A stretch of DNA of 64,000 nt from Octopus sinensis (taxonomy: Eukaryota), in assembly GCF_006345805.1 (NCBI RefSeq), contig NC_042997.1:81406001-81470000 (forward strand), given 5' to 3'. Position numbers and translations under genes: made by a program. Shown here one piece after another: positions 12,657 through 25,707 of this stretch. The notes under the pieces are model-generated. The model ran no database searches, was not told where the DNA came from, and was given only the letters and a program-made list of their open reading frames with translations. Positions within the stretch are counted from its first letter, which is position 1. Each line of letters begins with the position of its first letter.

Positions 12657-15600
12657 CAGTGGCAAATCTACCATAAAACTAATGATGCTTAAGCTTCAGG
12701 GCCTCTAATCCTGGAGGGGCCCCTTTGAAGCAACTTAATTTTTTCATTCTGTCAATTTTTTTGTTTTTGTATTTTGCCTTTCAGATTGTTGTTACCAGTC
12801 TTAGTGGACATCATACCATACTCCTACGCAGAGTATGGTATGATGTCTAACCACGAGCTGTTCACCTACTGTTTCTGCCAGTGTGGAATAGCATAAAAAA
12901 TGAAAAGTACAAACGACTTGCAGATAGTTTGCTTTCCTTGAATTATTTTGGAAACTCTGGCCCTGCCCCTCCCATTGTCAAATATGTCTACTACTACATT
13001 AAAATGGTAGAAATAAGAATTCTCTTTTTCCCACTATTATTTAATGACCAATGAAAGGGTTTGCCTCCTAATTTTGAACTTGAAATCTGTTTAGTAACAG
13101 AACATTATTTCTACTTAAAAATTGTTTAAATATCACCTTGTATAAAATGAACAATTCTTCATTTATGACTATATATTAAGTTGTGGACCCTTATCTTGAT
13201 CGATCTGTTTTGCTGTGGCTAATGAAAGTTTTGGCCCAATTTTTTTTTCACAGAGGTCTTGGCCCCAAGAGGAATAGCAATGTCTTCAAGAAAGTACTTA
13301 AGCGGATACCAGAAATGCAACTCAAGGAAAAGCAATCTAATGAAATTTCTAAATGTCAATAACTATCAAACTATTTTACAATGTCAGGTAAAAGTTTGTC
13401 ATCACCCGCAACTGAAACAAGCCATGCAAGCACCAGTGAAGTCAATGATAGTGCACAAACAATGAATGCTCTGTTTAGAAATAATCAACCTACTGTTGAC
13501 ACTTTTATTGCAGATGATGATAAACAAGAAAAGAGAGATGAGAAACAGGAAACAGGAAGCAAATTTAGTGATTTCAAAGAATACAGTGACCTGACAAACT
13601 GGCCCATAATAATTGGTAATGATTTCATACAAAACTATTTAATGTAAGACATCAGTTTTTCTCAAAATAAAAAAAAAACAGATAATGTATATACTGAATC
13701 CAACAAGATTTACAAACAACAAAAGTGATGTTTCTCAAACAAGTACTATTTTGAAGTACTAAAAAGAGTTGTAGCAGTTATAAAGATTTTAAGTGAAAGA
13801 GTTTTAGCATTTAGAGGTCATGAGGAAAAAAGTGGGGCTCTCCAAACAATGGAAATTTCATGGGGTCCACTGGGCTTACTGCAGAATTTGACCCACTTTA
13901 CATGAACATTTAGAGAAATGAAAAAATAAATATTACTTACCTGTTCAAATCTGTGTATGAAGAATTGATAGAAATCATTGGAAAAACGTGAAAGATGAAG
14001 AAGTTAACCAGATCTACAACCTATACATCAAATACTACTCAATTATGGTTGACTCTGCACCCGACATAACACATGTTGACCAGCTGGTAATTATGATTCA
14101 ATACTGTTGTAATGGAAAACTCTGTGAGAGATTTTTAGCATTTTTGGCAATAGAAAAACATTCATCCACATCCTTGTTCAACAAAATAACAATTTCTTGG
14201 GGAGCATAAGCTTTCACTTGAAAATATCCATGGTCAGTCGTACGATAACGCTTCCAACATGAAGGGCAGGCTGCAAGCATGTCTTAAAAACGTTAATAGG
14301 TATGCAGATTATGTACCATGTGGAAGCCATTGACTCAACCTTGTTTGGTAAAAGGCAGTGTCCGCTGTACCTGAAGCTGTTGGCTATTTTGGAATCTTGC
14401 AGCAGTTGTATGTTTTCTTTTCTGAATCTCCTTGAAGATGGGGGATTTTGAATCTAGCCTTTTCTCAAAAGAGCTTAAGTGTAACTAGATGGTCTGCTCA
14501 CTGTGAAGTAGTCCAGGCAATTAAAAATGGATATAGGGATATTTTATAAACCCTCAAACATATGTTTGAAGACTCAGAAGAGTAGCCTAAATGTAAGCGA
14601 GATACAAAGAATTTATACCACAAGTTTGGGAAGAAGTTATGGAGTAAGAAACTCCAAACCCCTAGTTCTGATGTGTTTGAAGGTTACCTTCTGCTAGCAT
14701 CTTTGCTTTCATTTGTTAAAGAACTATGAGAAAATTCAGCCAACAGGATTGCGCATTATGAATCAGTTGCAAAAGGTTTTTGTGAATATATGACCTCAGA
14801 TTATTCTGATGTTTCCAAATGCATTGTTACAAAGAAATTTGTAGATGGAACAAGTGATAGGGTTTCTTTGAAAGGGGCTGAAAAATTTAGGATAGAAGTT
14901 TTAAATCAAGTCTATGACTGCTTGATAATCCAGTTAAGCAAGAGGATGGACCCATACGAGCAGATTGCAAAAAGGTTCAAGTTTCTCTCAGAACTGATGA
15001 ACAATTCAGAATTTGATGAGAACAGTATCAAATTCATAATATTGCACTACGAAAATGATATTGACCGCAAATTATTAAATGAGTGTTATCAGTTCAAAGA
15101 GTATTTACACCTTAGGAAATACCAGAACACAGAAGAAAACACAGCATCTAAAATGCAATGCACAGAAGTTCTTCAGCTTATTTATGAGCAACAATTAATT
15201 GAAGTGTCACCTAATATTACCACTACACAAAGCTGTACTTGACAATGCCTATCCTCAAAGGAGTTCCTCAAAGCTTTCTTTTGTAAAGAATAAATTTTGG
15301 TCTACTACAACTGAAGAGCACTTAAATTCCTTATGCATATTGTCACTAGAAAATGACATTGCAAGGAAGCTATCATATGACAAAACTGTTGCTACAAAAA
15401 ACAGAAAAAAGAGTATTTTGTAGTTTTCATATGTATCTTAATGATGCATAATGCATGTATATAATGCTTCCCTAATTTTCAACTCCCATAACTCTAGAAA
15501 TATAAGGCATAGCCTAGAAAATATTTATAGTGATCTGCCATGGAACAACCACTGACAAATATATTGGTGATTACCCACACCTCATTTCTGGTGGAAAGAG

Positions 15601-15800
15601 GCTCACTTTCAGACTTATTTTTAAGGACTCCATGTCACAACTTCATCATTTGGGCTATCAGGGTCTCAAGCTGGAGTTCCTTGCAAGGGCACGAAAATTA
15701 TTTGACCCTTGTTGGATGTTACCGTACTGTTGCTGACTGTAAAGGTGGGGGTGCATAACATTTTAAGCTTCAGGGCCCCAATATTGTAGATCTGCCATTA
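12657..15800 (+). mobile_element. hAT (Tip100/Zaphod, ZMYM1-like) DNA transposon, internally decayed
   Basis: Perfect 8-bp TSD GATATGAC (12649-12656, 15801-15808); imperfect ~15-bp TIRs CAGTGGCAAATCTAC / GTAGATCTGCCATTA; subterminal AAGCTTCAGGGCC near both ends. Confidence 0.92.
13280..15423 (+). pseudogene. hAT transposase pseudogene
   Basis: LAFRGH...NNGNF (DUF4371-like), YYSIMVDSAPDITHVDQL, GQSYDNASNM, YVPCGSH, TRWSA, and a C-terminal dimerisation motif (RSSSKLSFVKN...HLNSLCILSLENDI). Multiple stops and frameshifts. Confidence 0.9.
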
Positions 15801-17775
15801 GATATGACAACTGTGTTTTGCATATTTGTCAGCTATACTGTGCATCAGTGGGTCCTATATTTACACATAAACATACATTAAGGTTATATATGAACTCAAA
15901 ACCTTTATTTCTACTTTGAAGATTTCAGGTGCTGAAGAGAAATAAAAGTTCTGAGTTTAAAGCTTAGTTAGAGATTTGTAAGTATAGAACAAGTGTAGAT
16001 GATCAGAGATGGAACCAATCAAAATGCAGTGTAAAAAAAAAACAAACAAGATTATACTTTTTTATCTCTGATCCCCAATTTCTCATGAAAATTAGAAGTA
16101 AGTCTTGATTTAAAAGATTAATAGTCTGGAAAAAAGTTGAAATGACAATAACATGCCTCCAGAAAATAACCAATTCATCAATATTAGTATTCTTAAACAC
16201 AAAGATTCCTTTGAGAAAAAGTAAGAAAACTACTGAACCAAAGAGAAGGATATATATAAAAGTTCTCATCAAATTGAACTTCTAAAGCTTGCCTGAACAA
16301 ACACTGAAAGAAGATACCTTATTTCTGTATTATTACTTGCTTACATATGTTGTTAATAGCTGTGATTAATGATATCAGGGGAATATTTTTCTTTTCTATG
16401 TTATTACTTGCTTGTGCTAAAATGTTATAATAGCTGTGACCACTAAATATTATATCTCTTATACTCTATTCTCCAAAACATTTAGGCATTAGTTATTTTG
16501 GGCTTACACATAGAGTCTGAAAATGTAAAACATGTCAGACAATAACAGAACGTATATTCAAAGTCTTTGTGTACTTACCTCTCATTATATGATGGTATGC
16601 TATGGATTGGCATGCTTATTAGCTTCCTGTATTTTTTGAAAGCATTACTCTGTATATACATAATGGTTTATCATACATACATTTATAATTATGTATGTCT
16701 ATGTACACATGCATGTACCTGTATAGGCTTATTATATTTATAGCTTATATAATACATATACATGCATTTGCACACACATACTCTCTCTCCCTCTCTCTCA
16801 CAAGAATGTTTGAATACATACACATCTACTTTGATCTTTGCAAGTATAATAATAAACTGTTAGTCATGCAGAAGCATTTAAGTAGTATTTCAATATGTTA
16901 GTGAAAACTAGTCAGTAGCAGTCTTATTCTTTATTCCATAAATTTCTTGGCTATTTCATTGTCTATACTTACATGTTTCTTTTTTCAGCATTTTTTTTTT
17001 GCATTTCTCTGACATAAAAGATTTATTCCTTAACTGAAGAACAAAAATTTAGACAACAAAAGAAAATTGGAATTACATGTTGCTCTTTTGGCTCTTTCTT
17101 AGAAAACAAGCAATGCATTGAAATAATAAAAAGTTTTAGGTTATTTTTGTGGGAACTTTACCATCTTCACTGTATTCATCTAAGCTTAAATGCATTCAAC
17201 TGAGAAGTTACTGATAGTTAAACAAATAAGGTATTTGCTTGTAGGCTAAGGAACTATGGTATCTGTATCCTGTCTCCAGTTAAAATTGAGTTTCTGACCA
17301 AATCATTATACTAAATAGCTACAGTATAGATCAGGGATGTATAGATAAGAAGTACTTCATTAGTTTATAGACCTGAGTTTGAATTCCACCATGGCATATC
17401 TTGGATAACTCAAGTTCTAAACTAAACAAAACCAGGAGACAGCAAGCTATTTTGCAGACAATTCAGATTGGAAATATTTTTATGTTTTGCAGGTCAGAGT
17501 GAATAAAATGTCTGAACTTGACTATATAAGGCTGAAGAAGAAGTTTGATTTTTTGTTTTACTTAATTTTTCAAATATATCATCTGTTGTAATGAAGGAAT
17601 TGTTACACATTTAATGATGTAAAAATCAGTATATGCTATATTTGACATAGCATACTGAAGGTTCAAAGTATTTTCAGATCGGTTGAACAAGAGTGATTTT
17701 GGCTTTGGGTAAATGTGGTACTTGTTAGTTTATTTGCTTTCTTCAAAGGACTAGTAATCATTTATTCATATACAC

Positions 17776-18090
17776 CAATGGTTCTCAATCACTTTTTACC
17801 TGTGGACCTCCTTAAATACTATTTTACTCTAGTGGATTCCCATAGCCATTCGATATTTAAAAACTAATTTTATAAATATTTTTTTCAAAATTCCTCTTTT
17901 GTTATTCACACATTCACTTGTATAAGTTGAACAATAAATGTTAGAGAAAGAAACCTTGCTGTTTCTTGTGATAGATACATTTAAATAAAAACTTTTAATA
18001 AAACATTAAAATAGTACTGTGGATCTGAAATTTACTATTTAGCAAACATGGACCCCCAGGGGTCATATGGATTCTGTATGAGAACCAACT
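17776..18090. mobile_element. hAT/Charlie-type MITE
   Basis: Ends CAATGGTTCTCAA...TGAGAACCAACT resemble Charlie TIRs (CAGTGGTTCTCAA). The right end abuts the Penelope fragment and no right TSD is visible. Confidence 0.6.
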
Positions 18091-18445
18091 CTTGGCCCTT
18101 TGATGTCTCTGATGCCACAAAGATATCATCATAAAACCAGCCAACAAGGGTGAAGCCATGGTGGTGTGGTGCACAGACCTTTACAAGGCTGAAGCTCTCT
18201 GCCAACTTCAAGACACTTCCTTTTGCCCACTGCCCCACCCCACCCCATACCTAACAGCCAACAGATCGTACCCTCCACTATCCATGCCCTCATCTTATCC
18301 TCCTGTCTCCTTCCCACTGCCTCCAACCTTATTGTTTGCACTCCCCCCCCAACATTCACTTCCTTCCCAAAATCCACCAGCCCAACAACCCTGGCTGCCC
18401 CATCATCTCTGCCTGTAACTGCCCCACTTACTTGATCTCTAAATA

Positions 18446-19710
18446 CGAGGGACATTCAATAAGTAATGCCTCTGACCCACTTGCAGTTGTTAGATCTAAC
18501 TGAAATTTTGCATGTGCAATTATTTATATCTCTATAGATTAAGTGGCAAATTGTAGTTCCTGATTTACAGGTGTTTGAACTGAGTCAAGTGTGAAATGGA
18601 GCCTGTTGAGTGTCGAGCAGTGATCCGGTTTTTGTATTTGAAAGGACGTACACCACAGGAGACTTTTGATGAAATGAAAGTAACTTATGGTGATGATGCC
18701 CCATCATATGACCTTGTAAAACGCTGGCATCGTGAATTCAAACATGGTCGGAACTCTGTGGAAACAGCTCCCAGATCTGGTCACCCCCTTCTGCCATTGA
18801 TGAGGCATCTGTCCGTCAAGTTGAGGCTGCCATTTTGGAAGATCGATGCATAACTATTCGCCAAATAGCCCATGAGGTCAAGATTAGTACCGGGTCTGTG
18901 GAAACTATCATTCATGACCATTTGCATATGCAAAAGGTGTCTGCCAGATGGATTCCCAGGTTGCTCACACCTTTCCAGAAGCAAGAACGCGTCAAGTGCT
19001 CAAGGATGAATTTGGAGATGTGCCAAGTAGATGAGTCAAAATTTTTCAAAAGACTGATTACACAGGATGAAACCTGGGTCCATCATTATGATTCAGAGAC
19101 CAAAGCCCAGTCAATGCAGTGGAAGCACCGTGACTCACCTCCTCCAAAGAAGGTAAGAGTGCACCTCTCCGCTGGCAAGGTCATGCTCTGGGACCAGGAC
19201 GGAGTAGTGATGACAGATTTCCTGGCAAAGGGTACCACAATTACAGGAGTCTATTATGCTTCACTTTTGAGGAAATTAAGAGAAGTTATCAAAATCAAGA
19301 GGTGGGGCAAGATCAGCAAAGGCATCCTCCTCCTGCAGGACAACGCTACGGTCCACAACTCGCGTGTCGCCAGATCAGAAGCACAGGCGTGCTGCTATGA
19401 ACTCCTCCCCCATCCCCCTACGCTCCTGACCTTGCACCCCCTGATTTTCACCTCTTCCCAGCCATGAAGTTGTTTTTGAAAGGAAAGCATTTCACAGATG
19501 ATGCAGCCTTGATTTCTAAAGTCATGTCGTGGCTGGAGGGCCAAGCTGGGGTCTTCTACAAAAACGGTCTCCAGCGCTGCATCAAACGATGGGAGAAATG
19601 CGTAACTCTGGGTGGTTCCTATGTAGAAAAAGACTGATAACTGTGCCAAGTTTTGTTGCTCTACTGCTATGGGAAGTGGGTCAGAGGCATTACTTATTGA
19701 ACGCCCCTCG
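18446..19710 (+). mobile_element. mariner (DD34D, irritans/Hsmar2-like) transposon, full length
   Basis: 37-bp TIRs (18446-18482, 19674-19710; 2 mismatches) starting CGAGGG, TA TSD on both sides, 1265 bp long. Confidence 0.95.
18596..19637 (+). pseudogene. mariner transposase, frameshifted
   Basis: MEPVECRAVIRFLYLKG (HTH), WIPRLL, ITQDETWVHHYD, LLQDNA, then HPP/PDLAP.DF across a frameshift, ending YVEKD*. Frameshifts near 18790 and 19420. Confidence 0.93.
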
Positions 19711-22700
19711 TACCTTGAGCATGCCCTTGTCTCCTAGTGGCTTCCATTCCGTCCCACATCTATGACACTAACCATGTTCTCCATCTCTTTGACTCTTTCT
19801 CCTTCCCTTCTGGACCTTCTAAACTCCTCTTCACTCTTAATATCATGAGTCTATATATGGTGATCCCACACAACGAAGGACTTCTTGCTCTCAAACATTT
19901 TCTAGACCTTCAACCTAACTCCCAACTTGACACTTCCATACTTCTTCATCTGGCTGAACTTGCTCTCTCTCTCAACTGCTTCTCGTTCACAGGGGATTAT
20001 AACCAACATGTCTCAGGAGTAGCCATGGGAACAAGAATGGGCCCCAACTATGTGAACCTGTTTGTTGGCTATGTTGAGGCCCAAATATTCTCACAATTCA
20101 CTGGTCCCCCTCCTGAACTAAATGGTCATTATACTGATGATTGTATTGGTGCGACCTCACTCTCCCATGAACAACTAGATTCCTTCCTTTCTTTTGTCCA
20201 ATCTTCCTTCCTGCTCTTGAATTCTCCTGCACTATTTTCAACACTTCCATCACATTTCTCAACATTTCTATCAACATACACCAGTCTGCTCTCACTACCT
20301 CCATCCACTACAACACACCAACTAACACTCCTACCTTAACTTCTCTTCCCACCCTACCCACACCAAGCTCTCCATCCCCCTATTCTTAATTCCTCCATCT
20401 GCACAGTGACAACCATGACTTTGAGACTCAGTCTCAACTCATGGCTCACCACTCCATCTTTTGTGGATATCCCCTCACTACTATCCACACAGCCCTTGCC
20501 AGAGCATATTCCATGAGCTGTGCCTCTGCTTCCTCTCCCCACACCTGCCCTGCCATTGCTGTCTCCTGTTTCCCTGACATGACACCACTCTACCCTGCCC
20601 TGCCTCCAATGCACCATTCTCCGAGCCTTCCGGCAACTCCAGTCCAACTCCTCCACCTCGCACATCTTCTCCAACCTACCCCTTCCCTCTTTCAAATGAA
20701 CCCACAACCTGCATGACCTCCTGGTCTACAGTTTCTTCCCTAACCCCACCTCCCAACCTAGCTCATTCCCCTGCTCCTGCTCCTGCTACTGCATTTACCC
20801 CTACCTCTCCAACACCACCATCCTCACAGACACCCATCATCGTCCCTATCATATCACTGACTTACCTGCTTCTAGCAACATCATTTACTGCATCTCCTGC
20901 TCTTTCTGCCCTTCTCTGTACATCAGTCGAATGGGACACCGCTTGGCTGACTGGTTTGCAGAACACTTCCGAGACATCAGACTCAGAAATGACACCCTAG
21001 TCTTGTGCCATTTCCGTTTTACTGGTCATTCACTACAACATTTGTCTGCATTCAGATTGTCTTTGCACGGGCCATCCAGACTCCTGCCTTTGCTGGGAAC
21101 AAAAGTTAATCTTCTCTCTTTGCTCCACGTGGGTCCAACTCCCCTCCTCTCCTCTCTTCACTCCTACCCACCTTCTCTCTTCATTGATACCCCCTCCACC
21201 CGCCCACCCCATCCCCACTACATCACCCAACCCAACTCCACACACACTAGCACTGACCACTTCTCACATACACACATGTGCACACCTTCATTTTGGGATC
21301 ACCAATACTTTATTATTGCCCCTTCTTTCTACCTCTCCTGTCAAACCTTTTTTTTCCAACCAGTCGCCACGCTTCACTGTTAAATCCACAAGTTTTTCTA
21401 TTCTCACTCTGTTTATTTTCTCTTATTTCTTTATCTTGGTGAGCATAGGCTCACAATGTAAAAGATCTTCTCACGTGTTTCAGTATTGGAAGATTACAAT
21501 ATATATACATATACATGACTGTCTACCCATATATATACATATATAAATACATATAAATACATATAGATACATATATGTAATCATCAGATTTACACTCATT
21601 CCAACACATCTTCAAGTTCTATTTCAAAATATTATATATCTAATTTTACATCCATTTAAAAATAAGCAATACAATTAAACATTAAAGATTAAAATTTATG
21701 AATTAAAAATTAAGAATAAAAACTATACTTTGTAATATTAAGAATTAAAATTTATAAATTATACATTATAAATATGAATTAGTTTATATATCAATCATTT
21801 AAAAATCAAGTATATGTCAAATACAGAATGTGAGATATAAGATTAAACATAAGATTTAAAATGTCTGTGTTTAAATGTGATATATAACAAGAAAAATTCA
21901 AATACGAATCTTCCTTTTTTTGCTGGTACTTTACTAGACTTAATATATTGATTTAATCATCTATCATTTTCACCTTACTTTTTATACTTCACTACAGTTA
22001 TAAAGCAATAGGAACTCTGGAATTAGGATAAGTAGGATACCAGCAGTAGAATTCCATAATTTTAAAATAAAATATATATTGAATAAGTATATCATAACTT
22101 ATTTCCTGTCATTCCGGTGATAGTGTGTCCTTGGAGTCTTCATTATATTTGATTTTTGCCTACTTTTTAATCCCTCATTTCATGCCACTTTTTCTGGTTA
22201 CATTTTCAATGTTTTTTTTTAATCCCTCAGTTTCTCCAGTTTATCATCTTCCTCACTAAAGTACATTTCTCTCTAACATTTCTATCTTCTCCTCCACATG
22301 TTTGGTCTTTACACATTCCTAATGTAGATATAAATTTCTACTTTTAAAAATTTGCTTTATATTATTTATCATGTTTTTCTATCACTTCATATTGATTTTG
22401 TGTGCCACCTGTTTAGAACTAATTAATGAAATAAACAAAATTTGTTTCCATAGACAACAACAAAATTATCCATCCACATAAATCATCTGTTCAATCAATC
22501 CCATAAAGGAATGATTGTTCTTATGCTATCATACCTAATCATTTGTTTACTTCATTAACTACACATGGTGCTGTCCTGCATGGAACATGGGTGTTAAATG
22601 ATGATGATGATGATGATGTGTGTGTGTGTGTGTGTGGATGATGATGTGTGTGTGTATATAATTTTTATGAATATACATATGTATATATGTATAGGTATAC

Positions 22701-22819
22701 ATACATATACACAAACACACACACACTCATATATATATATATATAATTTAATAAATAAAATATATGCATACATACATACATATATGTACGTACCTACATC
22801 TACATGTATATATACATGC

Positions 22820-22874
<55 letters not shown>

Positions 22875-22875
<1 letters not shown>

Positions 22876-23100
22876 AGTACAGGACACTACAAATAGACGT
22901 ACAACTCAACGAGAAACGAAAACATAAAAACATGGAAACGGACTTTTTTTAACAACGAAAAAACAGAGCGCAAGACAAACAACACAAGGAACATTCCCCA
23001 TCATCAGCTGTCCCCGGTTTGACTCCATGCGTGTTTCGAAGGCAAGGACAGAACACGACCCGTCGAACCGATCCTTCCTGCAAAGGAATTAAATAAAAAT
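22875..23100. repeat. interspersed repeat fragment, possibly a Penelope pLTR remnant
   Basis: CpG-containing non-simple block between microsatellites; minus strand contains CGAAAC and CTGATGA motifs, but I could not fold a complete ribozyme. Confidence 0.3.
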
Positions 23101-23121
23101 CCTTATACATATACACACATA

Positions 23122-24686
23122 CACTGCATTTCAAATTATTAATGATGTAGCATTTTTCCTATTTTATTTAAAACTATATGTTGGAATTCAATGAAATTTT
23201 CACAGAATGGCAACATTTATATTTGTGCGATGTATAAAAAATGTGAGATTCTACAAAACAACACAGAAACTACAGCCATTTATCAAATTTATGTAAACTT
23301 TCATTGTTTCAAATTATTGTCAAAGTGTTATTAAAACTCGTATAAACAAGAAAATACCAATTTAATTGTTTGGTGCACATACTGAAATGAGCACATACAG
23401 TCATAAACATGGAAGAAATAGAAAAAGGTAAATAAACAACATTAAAAAATGATTGGTGAGCTGGTTAGTAAAGGATAGATGAGCCTTTGTTTGAAATAAG
23501 TTGGAAAAGGTGCTGGTCTATGGAACATTCTAATTTCTTGATCTCCTCTAATGTTCTACCATGAGACACATCCACAATTGCTTGTCACACTTCATCCTTG
23601 CTTCTAAATTGGCATCCATTCTTGTAAACTTTTACTTTAGAATACTCCACAAGTTTTCTGTTGGGTTTAAGTGGGGGGAACAGGCAGGCCACTTCTTCCA
23701 TGATCCACAGAAACCTACTGATACTCTGTAGTTTTCTTTGTTGAGTGTGAGTGTGCATTATCTTGCATGGATATTATGGTTGTCTTGAAAGTGATCCTTT
23801 GCTTTTTTAACTAAGGTTCAAGGTGTTCTCTCAGAAAGGCTGTGTAAGCATACACAGTCATTTTAACACCATCTGGCACTTTCCAAAGACCAACTATAAT
23901 TCCTCCAATAATACCTGCTCACATCATAATGCCACCTTCCTCTTGTTGGTGTCTCAAGTACTGATGATGATCTTGTCCATTTACAACCCATCACTTGCTC
24001 CAACCATCGGGTCCATCAAGGGTAGCATGAGTTTCATCCATAAACAAAATTTTTGAGAAGTCGACCTTACATGTTATCTTCTGCCCATTTCAGATGATTT
24101 TGTGTGTATTTTGTATAATAGAGGAATTTTAACTGATGTCACTGGTTTACTGACTTTTTCAGAAGATGACATCGGGTAGTTCTGGGCACAGTTGTTTTGC
24201 CATTGTGCTTGGAAAGTTCTCCACTTCTAAGAATTGGATTCTTTACAGCTTTACTCTTAATTTATGACAGAGAACGTTGAGAAACAGCACCCCCAACTGA
24301 CCCTTGTCAGCTCTCTTGTGTATCATCATAGGAACTATGACAAATTTTTTCACAGTTTGGTAATATCTTCCAATTATTTTAGATATTTCTAATGTTGCTT
24401 TACCTTTTGCAAGTTCAGAAGTAATAACAGATTCCTCTGAAGCAGTTAAGTCACATTTACAATCCATAATTACATGATTATCAGACCACTTGTTAATAAT
24501 TTGGAACACTGAAGGTTCATGGAAATCATGTAAATGGCCACGGTTTGTTTATACTTACACAAAATCTCACATTTGGACCATGCACATGTAACTGTTGCCA
24601 TCATTGTGTTGAAATTTCATTCAATTCCAACAAGTAGTTTCTTAATAGAAAAAAATGTTACATCATTAATAATTTTAAATACAGTA
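23122..24686 (-). mobile_element. Tc1-family DNA transposon with decayed transposase
   Basis: Long imperfect TIRs (CACTGCATTTCAAATTATTAATGATGTAGCATTTTT... / ...AAAAATGTTACATCATTAATAATTTTAAATACAGTA) flanked by TA. Minus strand encodes DETHATLDGPDGW, MQDNA and WPACSPHLNPTENLW. Confidence 0.9.
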
Positions 24687-24738
24687 TATATTCATACATA
24701 TACACACACATGCACACGCACACACACACACACACACA

Positions 24739-24957
24739 GAGTAATCCCTCAACTATTGCAGGTGTTACATTACAAAACCCCCCATGATAGGTGAAAATCT
24801 GTGAAGTAGAAACAGTACTATACTGCCTTTTTTTATCATTCTTATGATTTGTTTATATTTATTTTATTAGAAATACAGATTAACACCACAGAGGAATCAA
24901 CATAAGCTTAAATAACAAACCACAATAGGTGAACTGCAATATGGCGAGGGATTGCTG
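24739..24957. mobile_element. pogo/Tigger-type MITE
   Basis: Termini AGTAATCCCTC...GAGGGATTGCTG are imperfect inverted repeats of the CAGT-start Tigger type. Confidence 0.65.
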
Positions 24958-24985
24958 TGTGTGTGTGAGTATATATATATATATA

Positions 24986-25279
24986 TCACGCGATCACATG
25001 ACCGACCAGTCCATCAGATGTAGTTACACATCACTGGTCACAACGCGTTCGCATTGTTTTAGCCTTTGAATGATGCCACCCCGCTGGCTAAGCGAGCAGG
25101 CCAACAGAAGAAAGAGTGGTGAAAGAGTACAGCAGGGATCACCACCCCCTGCCGGAGCCTCGTGGAGCTTTTTTTAGGTGTTTTCGCTCAATAAACACTC
25201 ACAACGCCCGGTCTGGGAATCTAAACCGCGATCCTACGACCGCGAGTCCACTGCCCTAACCACTAGGTCATTGTGCCTC

Positions 25280-25281
<2 letters not shown>
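24986..25281 (-). mobile_element. tRNA-derived SINE (family C)
   Basis: Minus strand head GGAGGCACAATGACCTAGTGGTTAGGGCAG (A-box)...GGTTTAGATTCCC (B-box). A second, head-less copy lies at 51794-51957. Confidence 0.8.
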
Positions 25282-25363
<82 letters not shown>

Positions 25364-25365
25364 TA

Positions 25366-25568
25366 CTAGCTGGTTTACCCGGTAATTCCTGGGGGTAAAG
25401 TTGTTCTATTGAAATGTCTTATTACCCTGATATAAGAAAGCAATTTCATTATAACTGCCGGAAAAGGTGTATTTTCCGTCATGAAAAAGTACAAAAACTG
25501 TCAGCTGGAGGCGGGAGAAATTGCTGGAGGTTGGTGAGAGAGGTTGTTGGAAGTTGGCAAGAGAGGTC
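25366..25568 (-). mobile_element. Helitron-like 3' terminus fragment
   Basis: Minus strand ends CCCCCAGGAATTACCGGG (imperfect hairpin)-TAAACCAG-CTAG|T, the Helitron 3' signature. Truncated where the Penelope 2 repeat begins. Confidence 0.5.
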
Positions 25569-25707
25569 TCTAAGTTATATGATGTATAAAAACATGTAAT
25601 ATACAAATAAATATCTGTAAATATAAAACCATTCGAATTTCTGAGTACCTCATTTCTTCTAATATAAAATACCTGTACATCATCTCCAAACCTTCCAATA
25701 CATATAT

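Larger units (their letters stand above)
18091..21500 (+). mobile_element. Penelope-like retroelement 1 (RT + GIY-YIG), old, interrupted by a mariner
   Basis: LLFTLNIMSLYMVIPHNEGL, GVAMGTRMGPNYVNLFVG, YTDDCIG, and GIY-YIG remnants (NIIYCISC...MGHRLADWFAEHFRDI). Removing 18446-19712 rejoins LISK-YLEHAL. Followed by a TA-rich microsatellite. Confidence 0.85.

Noticed and set aside
17480-17590. Possible host exon (TTTTGCAG acceptor followed by ATGTCTGAACTTGAC...)
   Set aside because: Short frame, no convincing donor, no partner exons and no recognisable protein.
21430-21475. Hammerhead in the Penelope 1 3' end
   Set aside because: Layout is suggestive (TTGGTGAG-CAT...ATG-TAAAAGATCTTC) but too many core positions deviate to support a call.
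22594-22952. ORFs rich in YI/CV/HT dipeptides here and at 36819-37421, 39651-40079, 50804-51034 and 60909-61323
   Set aside because: Translations of (TA)n, (TG)n and (CA)n microsatellites.
25200-25281. tRNA gene
   Set aside because: A- and B-box head of a SINE with a mutated B-box, continuing into a SINE body; not a complete cloverleaf.
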